A stretch of DNA of 64,000 nt from contig OZ024742.1 in the NCBI GenBank assembly GCA_964016885.1, positions 106,578,001-106,642,000 of the forward strand, read 5' to 3'. The translations under genes and the position numbers were made by a program. Source of the stretch: Eledone cirrhosa (taxonomy: Eukaryota). Of this stretch, positions 12,575-26,357 are shown piece after piece. Under the pieces are notes generated by a model. The model was not told the origin of the DNA. It did not search any database and saw only the letters and a list, made by a program, of their open reading frames with translations. The first letter of the stretch is position 1; each line of letters opens with the position of its first letter.

Positions 12575-13860
12575 TCAGAGCATGGAAAGATTAAGAAAAA
12601 AATTAGAACATTCTTCAAAAAACTAGGCCAAAGTATTACCTACGAACTGAACCATAAGAAGGTAAACTTTCTAGATGTGACTCTAAATCTAAATACGGGA
12701 TTAATAGAACCTTTCCACAAAAATAATGAAAATCTGGCCTACATTAGTTATAACTCAAACCACCCCAAATCCATAATCAGATCCATAGCACGTAGTATAT
12801 CCCTTAGAATATCCCGCTTATCCTCAAACCTAGAAATTGTTAATGAACATGCTAACTATTATAACGCAGCATTACATAGGGCTGGACATAAAGATAAACT
12901 GCAGTATATAGCGAATAAAGACAACTTAAACAAACCTAATAACAATTACACCAACCGCTCACACAAAAATAGAGGTAACAGGACTAGACATAGAGTTAGG
13001 CACGTAGCACCTAGAGTAAGCGGTCCAAACACCAATAATGTAAACCCTTGAAACAATAGAAGAATCAGAGAAAGAAAATACCTATGGTTCAACCCAATAT
13101 TCAACTCCTCTGTAAAACCAGACTGCCTTCTACATTCTTTAAACTAATAGATAAACACTTCCCTATTTCACACAGATATCATAAAATACTCAATAGAAAC
13201 ACTATAAAACTCTCATACTCTCTGGCAGCAAATATAGAATCGCACATACGCAAGATCAACCACAGAAATATCTCTAAGGAATCCGCCCCACCTATGCGCA
13301 ACATAGCACCAAATTATAAGCATAAACACATCACAATATCACAACCGCAAGCGCATACAAGCACACAGCAGCAAAACTCCAACGGGCATGAATCACAACC
13401 CACTTATAGCAGTGTACAAAACAGCAGTGTAGAAGCTGCACGAAATAACACCTCAAACTGTAACTGCCACCTACCGGATAGGTGCCCATGGGCGAATAGA
13501 TGCCTCGATTCGAGCCTAGTGTACATGTGTACGGTCAACTCAGACAACTCCACTTGGCATTACATTGGATACACCGCGGGTACTTTTCAAAAAAGATGGT
13601 ATGTGCACAGACACACGATGAAAAGTCGTGCACTTATGGGTTCTACAACCCTCGCCAAAAAAATCTGGGAACTTAAGGACAACAACACCAACTACAGTAT
13701 CAACTGGTCGAGGTTGTCGGCCGCAAAGACCTACAGTACCGGTATGTCCCCTCTAGGCTATGTAATCTAGAATTACTGTATATCCTTAGAAATGTAAAAA
13801 GGCTACTTAACAACAAGTTAGAAAGATCTATCTTCTGCAGACACAGGATCGCCACTAAAT
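12575..13860 (+). mobile_element. Penelope-like retroelement remnant (RT thumb, linker, GIY-YIG), 5'-truncated
   Basis: [11 protein letters not shown]; [12 protein letters not shown]; WFNP; FFKLIDKHFP..H.YHKILNRNTIKLSYS; CNCHLPDRCPWANRC; LVY...YIGYT...FQKRW..H. Confidence 0.93.
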
Positions 13861-14668
13861 TCACAAGATTTAAACCTCCGTGAATCGAACCGACGTAACT
13901 TAGCTTTCAACTTAGGATACCCACTACACTGCACGAACCACCACAGAAATATAATCATTAAGTACATTCTAGCCTTCTTAGTTCTATACCACACTAATGT
14001 CTGTAAGTACCTCATCAACCCATAAACATATCTCTTCTCAGCTGCTGTCAGCACATGAACCTAAATCCAAGAACATTTCAAAATACTACTACAGCAGAAC
14101 TTTACCTTCCTCCTGTTATAATTATAGTCAGCATGTTTTCTCTTTATATGTATGTATATATGTGTATGTATATATATATATGTTTGTGTGCATGTATGTA
14201 TATATATATATTGCCTCCTTAACCTCTGTATTAACTTGCCCATTATATTGCTACTCTGTTAATGTTGTCTTATACATGTATGTTATTGATGATGAGAAAG
14301 CTAAACAACCCTTTCATCTAATATAGACCACACAAATATTACTATCCTCACTACAGTGATAAATTCTTCATCTGTCAGATAATAAAGATCCTTACGGCCA
14401 CCAGACCTATATTGTTTAAAGCCACCGGCTTATCTTTACACTAGATATAATACACCCCATGACAGCTTTTACATGTCAATGTTATACATCTGCCTCATGT
14501 CAGCTAGTTTTACACGCTAAAATCGTAGATATACTATACTTCCCACCTAGATTGATGTTGTGATTATTTCAAATAATTTATTGCTAGCATTGTTAGTATT
14601 GTTGTTATTGTTCTGATTGAATGCCATTACTACTATATATAGTAGCCATGCCTGTATATTCTTTTCAT

Positions 14669-14789
14669 TCTCAAAAGCTCCGATGAATTGACTGGTTATA
14701 ACTTTGTATTGGTGATCGAATAACGTGAAAATAAGCAGGTAGCGATCTCTAGACCTACCAGTTCAGAGAAACAATTGTCAGCAATGAGA
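14669..14789 (+). ncRNA. Type I hammerhead (CCGATGA variant) at the PLE 3' end
   Basis: tctca-aaa-gct-CCGATGA-a-ttgactggt...accagttca-ga-GAAAC-aatt-GTC-agc-aa-tgaga. Stem III acaattgt is palindromic and stem I is extended with an internal loop. Confidence 0.8.
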
Positions 14790-15075
14790 TTAAAAACCTT
14801 TTTTGTATAGCAAACCGTATCACTCTTCTTTCCTGATTTATATATATATATATATATATATATTTCGTTTCTGGATTTGTTTAGCAAGATTCTTTATCTG
14901 AAAACGTGTGTTGAAACCGATATTGTTATAATTTAGGAGGGTCATGTTGCCAATAAGAAACACACGCACCAGTTGCTTTCACTCCAATTTATTATAAATT
15001 AAATTCATAAATTTAAGAATTTATAAATTTCCGGTTGGTTGGTTGGTTCCACAACCAGATGGTTGTTTATATATT

Positions 15076-15118
15076 GTCAAAGTTCTTTCGTCACACATTC
15101 TGTGACCTCTTCAGTGAC
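15076..15118 (-). ncRNA. Minimal type I hammerhead in the 3' terminal repeat of the minus-strand PLE
   Basis: Minus strand reads gtca-CTGAAGA-g-gtcaca-gaatg-tgtgac-GAAAG-aa-CTT-tgac. Confidence 0.8.
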
Positions 15119-15325
15119 TGGGGATTCTTTTCTTTGTTTTTGTGCCTCTCCTTTGTTCTGTCCTACGCCATCTTGTTTCTGTGTGTGTGTTTTGTGTGCT
15201 CAGTCTGGGCATGCGCCACATCCGGGTGTGTGTCTGTGTGTGTTTGTATTCGTTTATTTATTTGTTTACTTACATGTTACAGGTTGGTTGTTTGTTTTAT
15301 GTGCGTGTGTGTTTTCATTTTGTCC

Positions 15326-16219
15326 TTAATTGTAAGTTGTGATGTTGCTGTTCCACTCATGTTTTCTATTTAATTTTGGTTGTAATTCTTTTATGTTTAT
15401 TGCCTCTGTGATTTGTCTAAACATTGCGTCTTTTCTGTGTGTAGATTCTATTTTTATTTCTATGTTCTCTAATTTACCCTTATGTTTTATTTTAGCATGT
15501 TGGTAGAGTACAGATGATTCTTTACTATCTTGAAGGTTTCGCCAGTGTTCATTTATCCGTTCCCCTACACTACGAGCTGTCTCACCTATGTACACTATAT
15601 TTTTGTCTCTACATTGTCCTTCAGTACATCTTATGCTATATACTACATTTCTAGTTTTACAGTTAATATGGGGGCTTAATTTACAGGTTATACATTTCTT
15701 ATCTATACAGGGCGGTCTTTGAAAAGGGTATGTCTTGCTAATAAGTGTTTTTACGGAGGTACCTGGTCTTTCTATCTTAATATTGAGTTTATGTTTATCT
15801 AGGGCCCTTCTAAATTTGTAAGCTAATTCACCTCTAGGGGTTGTATCGATGAACATTACACTCTAGCATTTATTGCTATCATACCATGAGTTTATTCTAT
15901 TAGCCTTATTCCTAGTTCTTTCTATTCTATTCCAAAATTTGCTCCTATACAAGGGGCAGGTCCCATTTGTGTCATTATTTACCATTTTTTCCCATTTGGT
16001 TCTGGCTCCTCTATACACTCTGATTTTATCTCTCTGATTGTAACCAGAGCACTGCATACGGTGGATGAAGTGTTGTATGTGTCTCTCTAGTTCTTCGGGG
16101 TTGCACATGCGGGACACGTTTCTCATCACCCGTACCAAATCCGCAATGAGTATGTTGATTTAGGTATGGTCCGAAACAGCTGAGTTTCGGTGGATCAGAT
16201 ATTTGGAAGTCATGGGTTT
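15326..16219 (-). mobile_element. Penelope-like retroelement remnant of a second clade (Cx4Cx2C linker, GIY-YIG)
   Basis: KPMTSKYLIHRNSA; MQCSGY; PPCIDKKCITC; NVVYSIRC...VYIGETARS...RINEH; RQITEAINI...LNRKHEW. Confidence 0.92.
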
Positions 16220-17025
16220 GGCAAAGCGAGGACTCTGGAAACTTATTAAAAAATAATTCAGTGGTTAGAAAATAGCAAAGCGTGGACTGAATTCCTAGCC
16301 ATTGAGAAAATCACTGCCTCTGCGTCGGTGGCAAATTCAAAAAGAATCAATCACGTGACATCGAGGTCAATCAGTGGAAAGTGGTTTGCTAATAAGACAG
16401 CGGCCTGCCTGCTACCATAGCAGCAGTCATGGCCAATATTGCTCGACAAATAATTTGGAGATAATTATAAAGAATTAATATCTAGTAACATATATATACA
16501 TACAGATGCATAGCAATGCTAGCAAATATATAGGTTTTGTCTTAGTAACTTTGTGGTTCAATGCATGGGGTTGCAGAACAATAATATGAGAGACGTAAAA
16601 TAAGAAAATTATAAAATTAACGTGATTGATTCTTTTTGAATTTGCCACCGACGCAGAGGCAGTGATTTTCTCAATGGCTAGGAATTCAGTCCACACTTTG
16701 CTATTTTCTAACCACTGAATTATTTTTTAATAAGTTTCCAGAGTCCTCGCTTTGCCTGGATACTTAGATGAGAATAGTCTTCCCTCACGACGGAATGATT
16801 CTCTGTATTTTCTTCGGAAAATATATTTATTCCATTCCAGAAACTAATTAGTTGGAAGTGATATTTTAGTAAGTAAGTTAATTTTATAATTTTCTTATTT
16901 TACGTCTCTCATATTATTGTTCTGCAACCCCATCCATTGAACCACAAAGTTACTAAGACAAAACCTATATATTTGCTAGCATTGATATGCATCTGTATGT
17001 ATATATATGTTACTAGATATTAATT

Positions 17026-17032
<7 letters not shown>
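16220..17032. repeat. Interleaved inverted repeats A-x-B'-A'-y-B (rearranged HHR monomer)
   Basis: A 16220-16356 is the reverse complement of 16620-16756 (137 bp). B' 16466-16621 is the reverse complement of 16877-17032 (156 bp). Both pairs are near-identical. Confidence 0.92.
16779..16858 (+). ncRNA. Type I hammerhead, G5 mutated
   Basis: cttcc-CTcACGA-c-ggaatg...attttc-TTCG-gaaaat...cattcc-a-GAAAC-taatta-GTT-ggaag. Stem III actaattagt is palindromic. Confidence 0.75.
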
Positions 17033-17073
<41 letters not shown>

Positions 17074-17078
<5 letters not shown>

Positions 17079-17726
17079 TAGTTCTGTTTAAATGATTATT
17101 TGTCTAGTTAATTTCTACGGACTAAGAAGAACAATTAGGTAAATTTTATCTGACTGTTCTTCAAACTTATAATTTTATATAGCTCTGATTAATAATTATT
17201 TATTTAATTCATTTATTCATTGAGCTACACCGTCGAAGGTAGTCTACACTCATATATGTATCTATGCCTATGTTTAAATATATGTGTTCCTTATGACTTT
17301 GTTCTATACTCCCTTACAGTAGAGTAAATTTAGACAGTAACTAACTGCTTCTTCTAGCAATAAACTTATTGGCCACCAGTCTACCCTTCACAACAGTTCT
17401 ATCTTGACCGTTAGCCACGTGATGATTTTCACCCTTTTCGAATTCGTTACTGGCGGCGATCACTTTGGAAATTTCGGTCCTGACTGAGGGAGTCTCTTTA
17501 TAAAGTTGGTGCCTCGTGGATCATGCAACGATTAGACATTTCCACAAAGTACAAGCGAAACTGTCGACAGTCGGGACTAGAGGAATATTGGTAACATTTA
17601 TCTATTATTTCTTCAAACTTACATTTTAAACTTAGCTCCGTTTAAATTATTATTTGTCTAGTTAATTTCTACGGACTAAGAAGAAAAATTAGGCAAATTT
17701 TATCTAACTGTTCTTCAAACTTTATA
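17074..17726 (+). mobile_element. Non-coding 554-bp monomer with ~100-bp terminal direct repeat, between (TA)n tracts
   Basis: 17074-17171 is repeated at 17628-17726, and the unit contains an HHR-like motif. Confidence 0.8.
17477..17577 (+). ncRNA. Degenerate hammerhead
   Basis: gtcc(tga)-CTGAGGG...gc-GAAAC-tgtcgaca-GTC-gggac. Stem III actgtcgacagt is a perfect palindrome. Confidence 0.6.
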
Positions 17727-17727
17727 C

Positions 17728-17769
<42 letters not shown>

Positions 17770-18098
17770 CATTGTGTCTCCAAGCGGTAACTATTGTTAA
17801 TTTTAATGCAGATTGTATATATATATTTTCTACTAATAGATTTACCTTCCCATGGTATTTACAGCGATGTCTTTATTTCAACCTTGTCAAATTGCTTGTT
17901 AATAACATAAACATTTTAACAAGCAGCATACGAGTACGTTTGGTTTCCATTGGATAAGACTATCCTGAATTTAAAAGTGCCACACGCAAACAATTCATTC
18001 CACCATAATCACAATTAATTTTAATGTTATCTGACTGATCACACGCATAGAGCTCTTGCGCACGTATGAGACACTTGAACAACGCTGACTATTATGTA

Positions 18099-18171
<73 letters not shown>

Positions 18172-18344
18172 GAATATATATATATATATATATGTCAAGT
18201 AAGAATATTTTCGAAACAGCGAGCGGGTTTGAAATTAGAAATATAAGCTATCGCTGTATTTTGACTAAAGAAATTAAAGAAATTACTTAGCCTGATAGTG
18301 GAGTTAAGAACCCTCTGAGAAATGGAAAAAGATGAGTATTGACG

Positions 18345-18910
<566 letters not shown>

Positions 18911-19228
18911 ATCATAACATTCTTTGCTCTCTGCTTTCCAAAATAATAGTAATAATAATTAGCTTGAATGAAGGTGAATATTTTTCAGAGAAGTTTAAGT
19001 GAATTATCTTCCAGACAGCTGCAAAACATTAAATTAACATCAAGCAGAAGCGTATTTGTTAAAAACAAAAATTAATTTCAAAGAATTGAAAATTTTCGGT
19101 TTCATTTTATCATGGTTAGTTTCAGTGTAATTTTTGATGCATGTGCCTGCGTGCGTGAATGTATCTGTGTGTTTTTCATACTCTGTTTAAGTGCATGTTT
19201 ATATATATACATACAAATATACATACGT

Positions 19229-19274
<46 letters not shown>

Positions 19275-19364
19275 TATATATGTATGCATATATATATATA
19301 TATATATATATGTATATGTGTGTGTATATATATATTTGTATGTGTGTTTATATATATATATGTG

Positions 19365-19422
<58 letters not shown>

Positions 19423-19933
19423 TTTGTGTGTGTTAACGTGTGCGTGTGTGCTTGTGTTTGTGTTTGTATGTGTGTGCGTGTGAGTGCGTATCTTACTTTT
19501 TTTATGCTTTCCATTTTCACAACGCTTTCAGAATGTTTATATTACTTAAGAACAAATTTTCTTCTTTGATCTTATTCGACACATTACGAAAGTAGTAAAT
19601 AGACTTGTGACTACTAACAAAAACGAGAGCAGAAGTCGAAATGTTTGTAAGTTATATAAATACGGACAAAACTTGGCAAATTTTCGGCTAATTTCTTCTT
19701 GGTTCTCTGCCTTTCTTCTGAATTCTGTTTGGCTTTATCCAGAGATGGCACCACTTGATATTTTTACATCAGCCTTAATTATATCTTAATGGAGGATCAG
19801 AGTCAGACTGTTTGACGCATCATTAGCGATCATTACATTTGAGCAAAGAATAAGTATCCTTGAAGAGTCGTTCACAAACCACAAACAGACATTCAAAAAC
19901 ATTCGTTTCTTTTCACCCCCAACACACACTTTC

Positions 19934-20012
<79 letters not shown>

Positions 20013-20159
20013 ATTTACGTATCTGTTTAATTCATATCATATTACATTATATTAACCGCAAATTAATCAGGTCACACCCAGTTAATTATGGCGGTTAATT
20101 AATGACTGAATGATAACACTTAAGGATCCTCTCTTTCACATATAAATACTCACGCACTC

Positions 20160-20232
<73 letters not shown>

Positions 20233-20428
20233 TATATATACACACACACACACATGTGTGTGTGTGTGTGTAATCATCCGCCATTTTTAACGACGTTAAA
20301 GGAGGTTAAGTTTGACACCAATGTTACACAAATGCCACATGATATAATGAATGAGTGATGAAAAGAAATGATAGAAAGAAGAAGTAAAAAACAATAACCA
20401 GAGAGAAATAGTGCACATGTTTACTCCG

Positions 20429-20955
20429 CGGGTAAACACAGCTGTTACTCAGCGGGTAAACACAGCTGTTACTCAGCGGGTAAACACAGCTGTTACTCAG
20501 CGGGTAAACACAGCCGTTACTCAGCGGGTAAACACAGCCGTTACTCAGCGGGTAAACACAGCTGTTACTCAGCGGGTAAACACAGCTGTTACTCAGCGGG
20601 TAAACACAGCTGTTACTCAGCGGGTAAACACAGCCGTTACTCAGCGGGTAAACACAGCCGTTACTCAGCGGGTAAACACAGCTGTTACTCAGCGGGTAAA
20701 CACAGCTGTTACTCAGCGGGTAAACACAGCCGTTACTCAGCGGGTAAACACAGCTGTTACTCAGCGGGTAAACACAGCTGTTACTCAGCGGGTAAACACA
20801 GCCGTTACTCAGCGGGTAAACACAGCCGTTACTCAGCGGGTAAACACAGCTGTTACTCAGCGGGTAAACACAGCTGTTACTCAGCGGGTAAACACAGCTG
20901 TTACTCAGCGGGTAAACACAGCCGTTACTCAGCGGGTAAACACAGCTGTTACTCA
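20429..20955. repeat. Minisatellite, 22 x 24 bp (CGGGTAAACACAGCYGTTACTCAG)
   Basis: Head-to-tail units with a single T/C variant position and no spacers. Confidence 0.97.
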
Positions 20956-21061
20956 AACGAAAGACAGAAAGTAGGGAACTTCTTTTTTTTTTCTCTTCAT
21001 TCAAAAGTATTACCTGAGTCTTAAAGACTCAGTGGTATATTTCGTTTCTCTCTTCCTCCAT

Positions 21062-21149
<88 letters not shown>
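21062..21149. repeat. (CTA)n(ATA)n microsatellite, likely SINE tail
   Basis: Abuts the 3' end of the minus-strand SINE. Confidence 0.85.
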
Positions 21150-21150
<1 letters not shown>

Positions 21151-21367
21151 TGTTTCTACTTTAGGCACAAGGCCAGCAATTAAAGGAGGGGAAAGTCGAT
21201 TAAATCGACCCCTGTTTATTACTGGTGCTTTATTTTATCGATCCCCGCAAGGATGAAAGGCAAAGCTAACCTCGGAGGGATTTGAACTCAGAACGCAAAG
21301 GGCCGTAACTCTATGCTACACAGCATGTTGTCCGGCGCTTTACTGATTCTGCCAATCCACCGCCCTT
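21150..21367 (-). mobile_element. tRNA-derived SINE, full length
   Basis: Same family as 7115-7305, with A and B boxes on the minus strand. Confidence 0.88.
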
Positions 21368-21889
21368 CAGTAATAACAATAATAATTTCTTTTATTGGCC
21401 ACAAAGGCCCAAGACGTTGAGGACAATATAAGGACGAATTACAAACCGAAGCGGGATTTACATCAAATAAAAGGTCCAAGATCTACAAAAACAATAAATT
21501 TCCAACAAGACAAATTCCCCCAATGGGGGGGGGGGGTGATCACACTGTAATTTGGAGCGAAAATCACAAAGTCATAAATTATTCTGTATCACCAAAGACG
21601 TTGAAAATCCCTGCTTCCCCCTTCCTAATTTCTTTTCCTCCGACATTCCCTATACATGGTGGGAAAGACGGGATGATTGCTGTTGGAATAACTTCGCTTA
21701 TACGAGATTTGTCAGAAAAGAAACAGGACTGGGGTCGCAAAAAATATTTCGAGTCCAAACTACAAACTACAAGTTTTCCCACACGAGTCTAACGCCCTTT
21801 CCCATCATTCTCGGTCACGCCTTCGTGCAGTTCGAGAAGGATTCTCCCGTGATTATACGCATCTCTGTCGTTGTGGTGCATTGATGGCT

Positions 21890-22345
21890 TCCACGTCCGG
21901 AAAACGGGTCGTACTCGAAGGTTCATGACTCGTCGCCGGTAATGATTTTTCCTTGTAATTCTAGTTCAGTTTCAAGACGCTTCAGGATGCGTTGTCAAAC
22001 ATCCATGCGCCGTTCCTTCTGGCCATCATTCAGCAGCTTCGGCACCATCTTTGCACAGACCTTACACATGCCCAAATCTTCGGTGATAATCTTCCAAACG
22101 CTGTCATGGATTATGCCCAGCTCACTTGAAATCAGTCGAACAGTCAGCCGACAATCGCCACGCACCACTTGCCTCACGTTCAACGTTGGCCTCAATCCAG
22201 TCCGTTGAAGGCCTTCCACTCCTGGGGTTGTCTTTCACATCTTTAGTGACACTCGAAAACCTGTGAGCGTGACATCGTCTTATCCCCGTACACTTGCTGC
22301 AGTATTCTGAGTGCTTCTGATGTGGTTTTCCCCACTCGGACTTCA
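21890..22345 (-). mobile_element. Tc1/mariner transposase fragment (mariner-type HTH and first catalytic D)
   Basis: DVKDNPRSGRPST; DCRLTVRLISSELGI; LGMCKVCAKMVPKLL (WVPHEL-like); IITGDES; frameshifted. Confidence 0.9.
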
Positions 22346-22379
22346 CTTATTTTGGTTACCCCCGATTGAACTCGAGACT

Positions 22380-22480
<101 letters not shown>

Positions 22481-22522
22481 ATATATATGTATGTATATAT
22501 ATATGTATGTTATATAAATATA

Positions 22523-22603
<81 letters not shown>

Positions 22604-23254
22604 CAGCGTCTTAGTTTATGTCTCATAACTCAGTGATTCGACACAAAAAAGTGATCCATAAAATAAAGTATCAGACTTTAAAAAATAACTACTGGGGACA
22701 ATATGATCGACTAAATTAAGTGGGGTGCCATGTACCAGCATAGCTGTGTACTAACGTGACTGAGTACTAACATTACTCTAAAGGAAATACACTGAGATCA
22801 TAGATATGCTCAAATAGATGAGCTGCCAATAAGATTTACTGTTTTACTGTTGTCATTCAGTCTGTAGGAAATAACAACTAAATCTCCCTCAAATCTTACC
22901 TATCTTTAAAGAAAAGTGAATGATATGTTTAGTTGATCATATAGATCCCAATAGTTATTTTTTCATGTGTGGTACTAATTTTATCGATCACATTTTTGTT
23001 TTGTTTTTATTTATTTATTTTTTTGGCGAATCGCTGAACATTCTATACTATAGTATATTATACTATACTATATTAAAATATAATATACTATACTATGCAA
23101 TAATGTAATATATTACACCATAATTTAATTCTACCGTCTATCTCCATCCCCACATCAACGCCTTTCTCTCCATCTACCTCTTCCCTCTCTAGAGTTCTCA
23201 CGCTTTCTTCATTTACTAAGCTGTTTCTATCTATCTACCTATCTATCTAACTAA

Positions 23255-25640
23255 CCGCCACTCTCGAGTACGGATGCGGAGAGCTGCGAAAGGCCGATCA
23301 CAGCGGTCGAAATAGAAGATACCCTAGGCCGCTGCGGGAAACGCAAATCACCCGGTTTAGATGGTCTACCCTATGAGTTTACTTAGGCATGCCAGACTTG
23401 TTCTCTGGCGTCCTCGAAGCGGTCTACTGCAACTGGCAGCAGAACGGGAGGATTCCCAGTTCTGTAGGCAGAGGCGTAGTAACCCTGATCAGGAAAGATG
23501 AGAACAAGGAGGATGAGATAAGCAATTTCAGGCCCATAACTCTGCTCAGCACAGAGTTAAAGATTTTGGCCAAGGTGTTAGCAGCAAGGCTGGCGCTTGT
23601 CGTCGAGAACCTGGTAGGGGAAGCCCAAACGTGTGCAATCCCGACCAGGTCCATACACGACAACCTCCACCTCATGCGATACATCATAGAGAGGGTAGGG
23701 TGTAAACCTGGTTTTGGTGGGGCTCTGATCAATTTAGATCAATCTAAGGCATTTGATAGGGTCGACCATCAATACTTGGAAGCAGTTCTCAAGGCGACCG
23801 GCTTCGGTCCCGTCTTCAGAGGCTGGATCGCTGCCATGCACACCAGCATCTGCTCGGCAGTCAAGGTGAATGGCTACCTATCAGAGCCATTCCAAATCAT
23901 GCGTTCCATCCGTCAGGGATGCCCTCTCTCCTCCATTCTGTATGTACTGACTCTCGAGCCGTTACTGCGGAAATTGGAGCTGTTGCAGGGCATCCCGATC
24001 GAACCAGGACTGCTGCGGAAAGCAGCGTCAGCCTATGCCGACGACATAACTGTAATGGTGTCGAAAACCTCGGAAATCAGGGTAATCGGCAACCTATTAC
24101 AGGAATACGAAACGTTGACAGCAGCAAGACTAAACCCAAACAAGTCTGTCGGTTTGCAACTCGGCACATGGAGAGGCAAACCCATGCCTTCCGACAGTAT
24201 CGTAGGACGCTGGACGGAAGGACCGGTGAAATTGCTCAGGGTCTGGTTCGGTCCAGACCTCCAGGTGGACAAGAACTGGAACGAGGTCACAGCGAAGGTG
24301 TTTGCACTCACCCACAAGTGGGCTAAGTGCAAACTCTCCTTGAAAGGTCGAGCGGAGGTGGCAAACACTTACATAGCGTCCGTCATCTACTAATGCTTGA
24401 CAGTCGTGCCTTGCCCCTGCGAATACCTTACGAAAATGGAACGACTACTCTTCAAGTTCCTCTGGAAGAAACAGGCTCCATTGGTGAGGAGATCCATCTG
24501 CTGTCAACACCCTTCTAATGGAGGCCTGGGCATGCCGTGGCTGATGATGCGCAAACATGCGCTGAGGCTACGCCATCTCCAGGTATTCCTGACCGGTGAA
24601 CCGGTGTGCTGTCGTTTGTGAGACAAGCTCTTCCAAAACTCGTCTCACTAACAGAAACACAGACAGCTGCAGTCCTGGGTCAAGCGAAGACCGAAAATGG
24701 GTGCCTGGCACCTCGAGTGCCTACAGGCGCTCACAGCCCTCTACCAAGCGGAAACGGCAATCAGCGGAGACTCCACTTCGACAATCTATAGGGGATTAGT
24801 GGAGGATAAGTGCGACGACGTTCTCGGAGAAACTCTAGGCATCGAGGAGGACGAACTGACTAGTCTGTTCGGGAGGACTTTCCGTCCAGGGCCTATGGAT
24901 AACTTCCAGAGGTCTCTGGCTTGGCAGTGCTACCGAGGAGTTCTACCAGTTCGAGACAAAATCTACAGGCACGGACGCCCTGGCAGAGATCCTGCCAAAA
25001 GGACCTGTCCAAGATGCGAGCAGGACATCGAAACCGTTCTGCACGCAATTGTTCAGTGCCCAGGGGTGACCAACCTGTGGAATTGGGTCGAACAGCTGCT
25101 GTCACGTGTGGGACGCATCCAGTTGTCAGCCGAGTCCATCGTGAAGATCACCCCGCCGCCTTCATTTAAGAACGAAGGAGAGGCGGTTTTCCTCTGTCTG
25201 GTCGCTATGGCGAAAGAGGTAATATGGTGGACGAGGTTAAAAGGACTGAGGGCAAACACCTTTCTCTCCGGACAACTTATCCCCTTCTTAAAGTATCACT
25301 TCAGAAGGAAGGTGAGAGTGGAGAGAGAGGTGCTACACACCAGTAAATTCGCTGAAAGGTGGGTGAATGTGGCAAAAATGGCCCGAGTGAATGGGCCTTC
25401 TCTGTATATAAACCTGTAGGTTGAGGAGGATAAATAGAGGAAGACAGGAACACCTACAAAAGGTGTTCCTGGTGTTGAGGGTTGTTCTATCCACGCAACC
25501 CTGCAAGATTTCAATTGTTGTTTTATTATATATAGTTTATTGTTATTTATTAATGTTAAAGTTATTTTATGTAAAAACCCCTCCGTCACGTCTTGTAATG
25601 TCCCATCTGTGTACGCCCCTGTGGCAAATAAAGAAAGATA
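23255..25640 (+). mobile_element. L1/Tx1-clade LINE, 5'-truncated ORF2 with 3' UTR
   Basis: KSPGLDGLP; NFRPITLL; LDQSKAFDRV; IRQGCPLS; AYADD; C-terminal CPRC..ETVLH...C knuckle. Contains an internal stop and frameshifts, and AATAAA at 25627-25632. Confidence 0.95.
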
Positions 25641-25689
25641 TCTATCTATCTATCTACCTATCTATCTATCTTTTATCTAACTATCTATC

Positions 25690-25746
<57 letters not shown>

Positions 25747-25805
25747 TTATTTATCAATCTATCTATTTATGTATCTCTCTATTTATCTATCTACTTATCT
25801 ATTCA

Positions 25806-25806
25806 A

Positions 25807-25905
<99 letters not shown>

Positions 25906-25910
25906 GATAG
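25806..25910. repeat. (GATA)n microsatellite
   Basis: Directly visible. Confidence 0.95.
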
Positions 25911-26301
25911 AAGCAGAAATGCACAAAGGGGAAAAAGAAGAAAGATACAAAGAGCAGAAGAGAAAAGCAGAGTGAGAAAAGGAACGAAAATAGATAAATG
26001 GAACAAACAAAAAGAAAAACAAAAGAAATTTATTTTGCACTGAATGACCCGAGGCAGACGATCGGATGATGGGGTTGTGTGGTAGGAAGAGGCAAATGAA
26101 AATGATGAGGAATGGTAGGAGGGTGTTTAAGGATGAGATGTTGTTTTTAACCGAATACGTGTCAATCAGATCAAACCGCAAATGTACACACACATACACA
26201 CACAGACATATGTGTATGTATGTATATACATAATTTCAAATATATGTGTGTATACGAATGTATATATATATTATATATATATATATATATGAATGCATGT
26301 A

Positions 26302-26357
<56 letters not shown>

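Noticed and set aside
20429-20955. CRISPR array or repeat protein
   Set aside because: The units are directly adjacent with no spacers, there are no cas genes, and the context is eukaryotic. The ORFs arise because 24 is divisible by 3.
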